Assembly: GCA_964421125.1 (NCBI GenBank)
Contig: CAYQVD010000005.1
Coordinates: forward strand, 867 to 64,866
Length of the DNA: 64,000 bases
Direction: 5' to 3'
DNA from: an uncultured Bdellovibrionales bacterium
GTDB taxonomy: Bacteria; Patescibacteriota; Minisyncoccia; Moranbacterales; DUUL01
Shown: piece after piece, positions 56,777 through 64,000 of the stretch
Position numbering within the stretch: the stretch's first letter is position 1
How the letters are laid out: every line of letters starts with the position of its first letter
Made by a program: the position numbers and the translations under genes
The notes under the pieces: model-generated
Told to the model about the DNA's origin: nothing
Database searches by the model: none
What the model saw: the letters and a program-made list of their open reading frames with translations, nothing else

Positions 56777-58312
56777 CTATTTAATCTTGCAAATTTGATA
56801 ATCCTCAAACTCTGCGACTTTTTCTAGTTCTGCGATTTCCCAATTGCAATCTCGATCAACTACAATCGAACTCTCTTTGTATTCCATCAATTCAGCTTCA
56901 TCTTCTATCCTGTTTTCATTCCCAACCACAACCCAACCTGAAAAATCTTCCATTGGATTAGCCTTGTTGTAATATCTCACCTTATCTTTTCCAAAGTAAT
57001 ATCTGGCTGATGTATATTCAAAAGGATTAGATGTAATTATATATTCCTTCTGAAATAAACCTTTCTCATAAGCCTTAAAGAACTGACTCCAACCCGTTTG
57101 ATACGTAATCTGATTTAAACCAAGTAATAATAAAGCATAAATAAATAACGTTATAAGCCAAGCCCATTTTTTCTTAAAAACTTCCGTAATAAGTCCCGCT
57201 CCAAGAAGATAAAACAAAACAGCTGATGGCATAAAATACCTTGAAACATAAAGCTTGATGTTCACATAGGAAAGTAGTATCAAAAAAGCCAATGTTCCAA
57301 TAGAGATCAAGGATAGAACTAGGAACTCCTTTCGTTTCTGATTTTTCTTCCAAGCAACCACAAATAAAACTGTTAATAATATCAAGACTAACAATCCAAC
57401 AGAAGACCCATTAAAAATTGATGACTTGTTAATAGCTAAGTCAGCAAATGAATTTGCTTCTGGAACTCCGCCTGTTCCTGGCAAATGTCCGAAAAGAAAT
57501 ATCTGCAATGTACTTGGGATATCACTTAAATATGAAACATCAATCCAACCCAAATTTCCTTTCAACATGTGCGTGATGAAGATTTTTATCCAACTCAAGA
57601 AAAATAAGGCAATCACTCCCACTCCAATCCAAAACCCCTTATCTCCGAAAAGAACAGCTCCTTTATTTTTTGCTTTTTTCGTAAAAGGAATATTAAATAT
57701 TTCTTTTTTATTAAAATTCTTTTGATACAAAACATACGCTACATAAAACATTACGAAGAAAAACAAGGAGAGATAGTGAGTCAAAAAGGCTAACCCTCCA
57801 AAAACTCCCCACAAAACCCAGTCTTTAATTTTATTTTTCTGAAGCGCCCGATAGAAAAACCAAACTGCCCACAACAACAAGAACCCAAACAAGCTATACA
57901 TTCGAGCTTCTTGTGAATATTGAATTGCAAATGGAGAAAACGTCGCAATAATAGCAGCTAACATTCCTGCTCTCTTATTAAACATTTTCCACCCAATCCA
58001 AAATAAAGAAATTACCGTCAAAACACCAAAAACAATAGAAAGGGATCGAATCCCAGCAGGAGAATAGTCAAACATAGCACTCCATGGCTTGGCTATCCAA
58101 TAATGAAGAGGTGGATGAACATCATCAAAAATCATTTGATTCATTTCAGGAAGAGGTTGCTTCAAAAGAATCCCGGTGAAAGCTTCGTCATACCAAAAAT
58201 CTCGATCTTCCAATACCGGAGAAAACCGAATTAACACAGCTAAAATAACAACCAAAATTGGTAGAACCCAGAAAAGATTCTTGATTATCTTTGTTTTCGT
58301 TTGTTTTTTCAT
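56777..58312 (-). CDS. GT-C glycosyltransferase of the ArnT/PMT (GT39/GT83) type, second paralog
   Basis: 511 aa polytopic protein. DExY-type motif FWYDEAFTG in the first loop. Confidence 0.6.
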   Translation of the reverse strand: MKKQTKTKIIKNLFWVLPILVVILAVLIRFSPVLEDRDFWYDEAFTGILLKQPLPEMNQMIFDDVHPPLHYWIAKPWSAMFDYSPAGIRSLSIVFGVLTVISLFWIGWKMFNKRAGMLAAIIATFSPFAIQYSQEARMYSLFGFLLLWAVWFFYRALQKNKIKDWVLWGVFGGLAFLTHYLSLFFFVMFYVAYVLYQKNFNKKEIFNIPFTKKAKNKGAVLFGDKGFWIGVGVIALFFLSWIKIFITHMLKGNLGWIDVSYLSDIPSTLQIFLFGHLPGTGGVPEANSFADLAINKSSIFNGSSVGLLVLILLTVLFVVAWKKNQKRKEFLVLSLISIGTLAFLILLSYVNIKLYVSRYFMPSAVLFYLLGAGLITEVFKKKWAWLITLFIYALLLLGLNQITYQTGWSQFFKAYEKGLFQKEYIITSNPFEYTSARYYFGKDKVRYYNKANPMEDFSGWVVVGNENRIEDEAELMEYKESSIVVDRDCNWEIAELEKVAEFEDYQICKIK

Positions 58313-58360
58313 TTTTGTTTAGATAAGAATTTATTTTTATTATTCAAAAGAATTATCTGG

Positions 58361-59260
58361 TCAATCATCATCTTGATTGTTCTCATTATTATCTTTATCG
58401 TCATTGTGCTCCTCTTCTTCACTATTTCTTAGTTTATATAATACTTTACCATCCAACCTTAAGTCAATATATTCAAGATTATTAATCTCTTCTTTAATAT
58501 TTTCAACTAAAACACTCTTAAGTAATCTCGATTGTTCATAAGCAGTGGAAAAAGAATTAAAATAAACAACAAATCCTTGCTCAGTTTTAACTCGAATTTC
58601 TCCTGACATGAAAGATGGTGTGTAATAGTTTCTTTCTAATTTAATATTAGCCTCTTCCTGTAGAGAATCATTAATCTCAGAACAAAAATTTGCCAACTTT
58701 GGCTTAATAACAACTATACCAGTTTCAAATTCAAGACTGCCTTTACTAAAAACAATTGGAAAATTATTCAAAAAATCTTCATTTCCACTGATTTGATAAA
58801 AAGCTTTTCCAGCTCCATCAATTAAAAAACAATCGTCAAGACTTCCATCCCTACACCAAATTATCACTTCCTTCCTTTCTCTAAAAAAAACTTCGATCGA
58901 ATTGGGGAAATTTTTATTAACCTTAATGTCCTGAGCCATAATTAATTCTTCCTGCAATTTCTTTTCTATTCTTGAAGAAGAAAGTAATAAAATATTATCC
59001 TGAGGAATTAACCCTAGATATTGAGAATTAAGAACGCTTAATACAATCTTCTCTGCAAAATCCTCTTGAAATCCAGTTATTTTAACATCCTTAACCCTAA
59101 TTAAAGAAGAAAAAAATAAAACCCAAAAAGTAACTCCCACAAAAATTACAAGTAAAATAAAGAATAAAATCTTTTTAAGCTGACCTATTTTTTCAGCAGA
59201 AGAAATTTCCTTTTTCATGACATTCTTTCTTGTTTTTTTGTTTTTCTTTTTTTTAAACAC
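58361..59260 (-). CDS. ftsQ: Cell division protein FtsQ/DivIB-like (POTRA domain)
   Basis: N-terminal basic cytoplasmic tail, a single TM (ILFFILLVIFVGVTFWVLFF), and a POTRA-like VKDVKITGFQ...ILLLSSSRIEKKLQE...IEVFFRERKEVIIW. An acidic C-terminal tail. Confidence 0.6.
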   Translation of the reverse strand: MFKKKKNKKTRKNVMKKEISSAEKIGQLKKILFFILLVIFVGVTFWVLFFSSLIRVKDVKITGFQEDFAEKIVLSVLNSQYLGLIPQDNILLLSSSRIEKKLQEELIMAQDIKVNKNFPNSIEVFFRERKEVIIWCRDGSLDDCFLIDGAGKAFYQISGNEDFLNNFPIVFSKGSLEFETGIVVIKPKLANFCSEINDSLQEEANIKLERNYYTPSFMSGEIRVKTEQGFVVYFNSFSTAYEQSRLLKSVLVENIKEEINNLEYIDLRLDGKVLYKLRNSEEEEHNDDKDNNENNQDDD

Positions 59261-59264
59261 TTTT

Positions 59265-60014
59265 CTATTTTTTCTTTTTTAAAATCTCTTTTGTGACAAT
59301 TTTAGTTACTGCAGTAGCACTAACATTATGATAACCAAATTTTCTAATTTCAATCATCTCTTCTCCTTTGTCACTTTTTAAAATAAAATTCTGACCAAGC
59401 TCTGTTTCTTTAATATTTAAAATCTTCACAACACAATCATTACATGCCCCCCAGGTTATAACTTTTACCTTACTATCTTTCGCCAAAGTCCTCACTCTCT
59501 CATCGTCACCATTCAAAAAGACTACTCCTTCTTTCTTAATGCTTTTCACTAACTGCCTCATCTCATCAACAACGTCATCAATTGAAGTATTATTGCCAGG
59601 GAAGCTTCTATCTATATTTGTTATAATTGCCATAACTGGCCTCACCATTGAAAGAAGATAATTCATGTCTCCCTTACAATCAACCCCCATTTCTAATACT
59701 AATACCTTAGGAAATTTACGAGAAAACAATGATACAAAAAATCCCTCAAAAATAATACATATCCACTTAAAAAATGAGGAACATCCTGATGGCAAAAAAA
59801 GCACTGCTAATGGTAGGCCAATTTCATTATTAAAACTTTTAGGATTTCCCCGAACATCCATTTCATCCCCAATCTCTTTTAATATTAAATCTTTAATAAA
59901 GGTCTTATTAGTCGTTCCTGTTATAGCAACTATCATAGGCTTATGACGCCACAAAACAATTTTTACTAATAATTTTAGATAATATTGAATAAAAAATTTT
60001 AATATTTTTTTCAT
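59265..60014 (-). CDS. Truncated/divergent MurF-like Mur ligase family protein (degenerate P-loop, no C-terminal domain)
   Basis: IVAITGTTNKTF (cf. ITGSNGKTTT), NNEIGLPL (cf. NNHIGVPL), VLEMGVDCKGDM...ITNIDRSF, and FGYHNVSATA (cf. GRHNIANALAA). It stops after the central domain, at 249 aa. Confidence 0.5.
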   Translation of the reverse strand: MKKILKFFIQYYLKLLVKIVLWRHKPMIVAITGTTNKTFIKDLILKEIGDEMDVRGNPKSFNNEIGLPLAVLFLPSGCSSFFKWICIIFEGFFVSLFSRKFPKVLVLEMGVDCKGDMNYLLSMVRPVMAIITNIDRSFPGNNTSIDDVVDEMRQLVKSIKKEGVVFLNGDDERVRTLAKDSKVKVITWGACNDCVVKILNIKETELGQNFILKSDKGEEMIEIRKFGYHNVSATAVTKIVTKEILKKKK

Positions 60015-61231
60015 AATTTTACATTATCAATTGTTTCCTTTAAATATTTTTTCAATCTTTTCATGGCGTCATCAATATGCTCATCTTCTCTACCAAAACA
60101 GAGACGAATATGATTTTCTCCTGAAGGACCAAATGCAACGCCTGGAACAACGGTTACTCCAGCCTCCTTAAGTATTTTTAAAGAAAATTTCCAAGAATTA
60201 GAATTCTTTTGGTCACTCCTAAGACTACTCTCTTCTATTTCAACTTTATCAAGCCATTTAATTAATTTTTCAGTAAATACTGGAAAAACAAAATAAGCGG
60301 AATCAGGCTTAACATAAGAAAACCATTCACTCATTTCATCGAGATGTTTACAAATTTTATTTTTCCTTTCAATAAATTTTTCCCTAAATTGAATAATTTC
60401 CTTATCAGCCATTTCTAACGCAGCCAAAGCTGCCCACTGAGAAACCACTGGCGCACAGGTTACCATTGCATCATGAACACCAATAATCTTCTGAGCTATT
60501 TTTGAATCAGTTGCTAAAAAAGCCACTCTCCATCCAGTCATCGCGTATGCCTTGGAAAAAGAAAAAATATAAACAATTCTCTCTCTAAAATTTGAAAATT
60601 TTCCAGTAGAAATAAACTCTACGTCATTATAAATAAAATCTCGATAAACCTCGTCAGAAATAACATATATATCATGATATTCAGCAAGTTGAAGAATTTC
60701 CAAAAGTTGCTCTTTATTATAAACTGTACTAGTTGGATTATTAGGATTACAAAAAAGAATCGCTTTTGTCTTTTTTGTTATCCTTGATTTCAACTCCTCA
60801 ATATTAAAAGACCACCCATCTGACTCATTTAATGGAGCAAAAACTGGCACTCCTCGAGCCGTCTTGATTGCAGACTGATATGATGTGTATGTCGGATCAG
60901 GTATAAGCACCTCATCCCCTGGCTCCAAAAGAGCTAAAAAACTTGCTGTAATTGCTTCAATCGAACCAGCAGTAACTATAATTTCATTTTCAAAATCATA
61001 ATTTATTTCACTTTTTGCAAGATCGTATTCAATTGCCTCTCTTAATTCTAAAAGACCTGGTGACAATGAATATCGAGCTGTTTTCCCTTCATTAATCGCT
61101 TCAATTGCTCTCCTTTTAATGCACTCAGGTGTATCAAAACTAGGAATTCCTTGGGCTAATGAAACAACGCCAGGTATTTTTGTAGAACGAATCTCCATCT
61201 CTTTTATTGGAGACATATTAACTAAATTCAT
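60011..61231 (-). CDS. Class I/II PLP-dependent aminotransferase
   Basis: SFSKAYAMTGWRVAF lysine-PLP motif, with NPNNPTS and an aspartate-aminotransferase-like fold. Confidence 0.7.
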   Translation of the reverse strand: MNLVNMSPIKEMEIRSTKIPGVVSLAQGIPSFDTPECIKRRAIEAINEGKTARYSLSPGLLELREAIEYDLAKSEINYDFENEIIVTAGSIEAITASFLALLEPGDEVLIPDPTYTSYQSAIKTARGVPVFAPLNESDGWSFNIEELKSRITKKTKAILFCNPNNPTSTVYNKEQLLEILQLAEYHDIYVISDEVYRDFIYNDVEFISTGKFSNFRERIVYIFSFSKAYAMTGWRVAFLATDSKIAQKIIGVHDAMVTCAPVVSQWAALAALEMADKEIIQFREKFIERKNKICKHLDEMSEWFSYVKPDSAYFVFPVFTEKLIKWLDKVEIEESSLRSDQKNSNSWKFSLKILKEAGVTVVPGVAFGPSGENHIRLCFGREDEHIDDAMKRLKKYLKETIDNVKL

Positions 61232-61253
61232 TATTGGATTGACTTAATGCTAT

Positions 61254-62498
61254 CTATTTATATCTTAACGCCTCAAGAGCATTTAGTCTAGCCGCACGTC
61301 TTGCAGGATAAAAGCCAGTAATTAAACCAACTACCGTAGCAAATATGATAATAAACAAAATAAGCCAAAGAGGGAAAGAGAATAATTGAACCTTATCTCC
61401 CCCAAAGGCTCCTGCCAACCAATTGACGCCAAAATTAAGAACCTGACTTATAATAAAACCTAAAACTAATCCTATGGTGCCACCTAAGAAACCAATCATC
61501 ATTGACTCAGTCAAAAACATTTTCCAAATATCAAAAGAAGAAGCCCCAATTGCTTTCATTATTCCAATCTCTTGAGTTCTTTCAAGTAACGCAATTGTCA
61601 TAGTATTGAACATTCCAATTGCACTAACGACAAGAGCAACTACTCCAAATAATGCCAATACTATCTGAGCAATAGTAAAAATCTGACGAGCTTGTTCAAC
61701 AGTCTCAGAAACTGAACTCACGTAAAAACCTTTTTCGATAATACTATCACGAACTTGTTCTATATTTTTTGTAGAATTCACTTTAATTTTCAGTTTATCA
61801 TAATCATTAAATTGAATTTCAGAAACTGATGAATCTGGAACATAAATATAAGAATTAGAAAGGTCATCAATAATCCCTCCAATTTTATAAGTTTTTTCTA
61901 CATATTGAGCCAGAGTCACAACCTTCTGACCAACCTTTTCTTTTGATAAACCACTTTCATTAGTTGTCACAACGGTCTCTTCTTGTTCTGCTTTTTCTTT
62001 AACTTGAACTGTTATATCAATATCCTTAAAAACTTCTGGGTTAATGTCTAATAATTGTAAAGCTGCTAATGATATAACAAGTTTGTCAGATTCCTCTTCT
62101 TGAAAAAATTCCCCCTTATTCACCGTCATCCCTTCAAGACTAAAAAAGTTTGAATTAACAATGTTAACTTTTGCAGAAGAAGTAAGTCCATTTCCATTAA
62201 TCTGTGTATCCTGACTTAACAAGGGATAAACCCCTACAATTTCTCCTATTTCTTTTATTGAAGAAACGCTGTCCTGATCTAACTTAACTGCTTCATTTTC
62301 CTGAGTAACATCTAAAGATAAAAGTGAGTCTTCTGTCGCAATTTTTTCCAAAATTAATTTCTGAAATCCATAACCAAGAGAAACAAGAAAGAAAATTGCC
62401 CCAATACCAATACTAATACCAAGTATTGTTAGTAATGTTCGAAGACGATTATTCTTAAATGATCGAGATGAAATTCTTATTACATCTAAAGAAAGCAT
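61254..62498 (-). CDS. ABC transporter permease, MacB/FtsX family
   Basis: 414 aa with an N-terminal TM, a large periplasmic domain, then the C-terminal FtsX 3-TM bundle. Confidence 0.7.
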   Translation of the reverse strand: MLSLDVIRISSRSFKNNRLRTLLTILGISIGIGAIFFLVSLGYGFQKLILEKIATEDSLLSLDVTQENEAVKLDQDSVSSIKEIGEIVGVYPLLSQDTQINGNGLTSSAKVNIVNSNFFSLEGMTVNKGEFFQEEESDKLVISLAALQLLDINPEVFKDIDITVQVKEKAEQEETVVTTNESGLSKEKVGQKVVTLAQYVEKTYKIGGIIDDLSNSYIYVPDSSVSEIQFNDYDKLKIKVNSTKNIEQVRDSIIEKGFYVSSVSETVEQARQIFTIAQIVLALFGVVALVVSAIGMFNTMTIALLERTQEIGIMKAIGASSFDIWKMFLTESMMIGFLGGTIGLVLGFIISQVLNFGVNWLAGAFGGDKVQLFSFPLWLILFIIIFATVVGLITGFYPARRAARLNALEALRYK

Positions 62499-62553
62499 AT
62501 TTTTAGTTTATTTTTTACCCAGTTCAATAAAATTGTTAAGTTTGCAAAGCAAA

Positions 62554-63909
62554 TTATTCAACTGGATGTTCTTTTATTAAGTTTGGCCGTTGTCTTGCTT
62601 CAAGCCCATAACCAACAATTAAGATTAAGTCTATTTGTCTTAAAATCTTTTGGACAACTCTTCTATCTAATCCAACTCCACCAGCATTTTTTGGAAGATC
62701 TAATAATTCACTAAATTCTGAATGAGAAATCTCTTCACTAATTCGTTTCTGAAGAAGATTTATAACTTTATCAAAATCTTCCTCACTTATATGAACAGAT
62801 TCTTGATTAATTAGATACTGAAATACAGCTTCTGCCTTCTCTCTTGGAGACACACTTCCAAAAATTATTTTAGCTGAATTAATTAGTTCGTCAATACCAA
62901 AACTAAACTTCTTAGCTGTTCTCACATCCAATCCTGCACCACCTTCTTCTTCATTTTTATCAAGCTGAGCCATTAATGCCATATTGTCATATACTCCAGC
63001 AAGACGAAGCTTAATGCTCTCTTCAATTATTTTAACTTGCTTATTATCATAAGGGATTAAAAATGACTCAGTAATAATTTTAGCCTTAAGTGGCTCCATA
63101 AGTATTCCAATTTGTTTTTCCGAAAGACCTCTGAATTTTTCCATAATTTTTTCAAATCCAGATTTACCAGCTTCTGATGAAGTTTCAATCTCTCGAGAAG
63201 CCCCTAATGTATCCTTCCATTCTTCTTTAACAATTTTTCCATCTTTCATATAAACAATATGAGTCCCCCAAATAGCATTTTCTGGATTATGAGTAACTAA
63301 TATAATAGTCCTTCCCTCTTCTTTATTAAGCTCACTCATTATCTGCATAACATTATTAGCAGATTCTGAATCAAGATTCCCAACTGGCTCATCAGCTAAA
63401 ATGATAGAAGGGTCATTAACAATAGATCTAGCGATTCCAATTCTTTGCTGTTGACCACCTGACAATTCACTTGGAATTTTTTTCCATTGTTCCTTAATAC
63501 CAAACCTCTCAAGTAATGCCATCACTTTTTTTTCCCTTTCCCGTTTTCTTTTGTTAACAAAAATTTGTGGCAAAGCCACATTATCTAAAACTGAAAGTGT
63601 AGATATCAGGTTATATGATTGAAAAACCATTCCCATTTTAGTTCGATGAAATGCCGTTCTATCAATGGCTTTCATTTTCAATATATCAACCTCATCAATC
63701 ATCACAGTTCCATTATCTGGAAGTTCAAGACTTGCCATAATATTCAAAAGAGATGATTTCCCACAACCAGAAGGCCCAAGAACAACAATAAATTCTCCTT
63801 TTTTAATATTGAGATCAACATTATGCAAAGCCTGAAAAGCATTTGACTTCCCTCTATTATAAGTAAGATTAACTTTTCTTAGCTCAACTAAATTTTCTTT
63901 TAATTCCAT
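62554..63909 (-). CDS. ABC transporter ATP-binding protein (MacB-type) with a ~220-aa C-terminal extension of unknown function
   Basis: Walker A GPSGCGKSS, signature LSGGQQQRIGIARS, and Walker B ILADEP. The extra C-terminal helical domain is not typical of ABC ATPases. Confidence 0.8.
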   Translation of the reverse strand: MELKENLVELRKVNLTYNRGKSNAFQALHNVDLNIKKGEFIVVLGPSGCGKSSLLNIMASLELPDNGTVMIDEVDILKMKAIDRTAFHRTKMGMVFQSYNLISTLSVLDNVALPQIFVNKRKREREKKVMALLERFGIKEQWKKIPSELSGGQQQRIGIARSIVNDPSIILADEPVGNLDSESANNVMQIMSELNKEEGRTIILVTHNPENAIWGTHIVYMKDGKIVKEEWKDTLGASREIETSSEAGKSGFEKIMEKFRGLSEKQIGILMEPLKAKIITESFLIPYDNKQVKIIEESIKLRLAGVYDNMALMAQLDKNEEEGGAGLDVRTAKKFSFGIDELINSAKIIFGSVSPREKAEAVFQYLINQESVHISEEDFDKVINLLQKRISEEISHSEFSELLDLPKNAGGVGLDRRVVQKILRQIDLILIVGYGLEARQRPNLIKEHPVE

Positions 63910-64000
63910 TTTTGTTTTATTTTTAGCCGATTTTTATCTTATATAAATAATATCACTATTTCATTTTTAGCACAACCTCCTCCCCCCCTACCGAATATTC

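Noticed and set aside
59665-59946. 93-aa + strand ORF inside the MurF-like gene
   Set aside because: It is antisense to a gene with clear Mur-ligase block homology, so it is spurious.

Overview
This is a low-GC (about one third G+C), gene-dense bacterial window read with the standard genetic code. The essential genes contain no in-frame TGA. Gene content is consistent with a small-genome, possibly Candidate Phyla Radiation (CPR/Patescibacteria)-like organism: GT-C glycosyltransferases, FemX/MurE/FtsQ cell-wall genes, and a single-chain PurL plus fused PurC-PurE. I cannot assign the taxon from sequence alone.

By coordinate, the window contains:
- 1-5 kb: secreted peptidase, RpoH-like sigma factor and Pif1-family helicase genes on the minus strand, each with its own promoter.
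- 5-16 kb: a surface-glycosylation locus (GT2, two GT4, a large polytopic membrane protein, Wzx-like flippase, AI-2E transporter) plus RtcB and a P-loop kinase.
- 17-20 kb: Mur ligase and FemX-like peptidoglycan genes.
- 20-21.5 kb: ruvA and rpsT.
- 21.5-25.3 kb: two adjacent GH130-like glycosidase paralogs, one decayed.
- 25.5-32.6 kb: rpoC-rpoB.
- 33-37.5 kb: tRNA-Gly, dnaX and tRNA-Gln.
- 37.5-45.9 kb: a purine operon, purB, fused purC-purE, an AAA_28 ATPase, large purL and purM.
- 46-47.7 kb: HAD and NUDIX hydrolases.
- 47.7-54.3 kb: a putative operon of a giant Lys/Glu-rich protein, two acidic proteins and a membrane-anchored VirD4/VirB4/TraG-like ATPase.
- 54.5-58.3 kb: two ArnT/PMT-like GT-C glycosyltransferases, with a four-helix-bundle (Avd / 23S-rRNA-IVS protein family) gene between them flanked by perfect 24-bp inverted repeats.
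- 58.3-64 kb: ftsQ, a truncated MurF-like gene, an aminotransferase, and a MacB-type ABC pair.

Several repeat families that are not genes stand out:
- 140-bp palindromic, MITE-like elements flanking ruvA.
- An 80-bp inverted-repeat element flanking the kinase gene, with a third copy near ruvA.
- A recurring GTTAAAT...ATTTAAC hairpin in four copies.

No CRISPR array, reverse transcriptase, transposase or integrase is evident.
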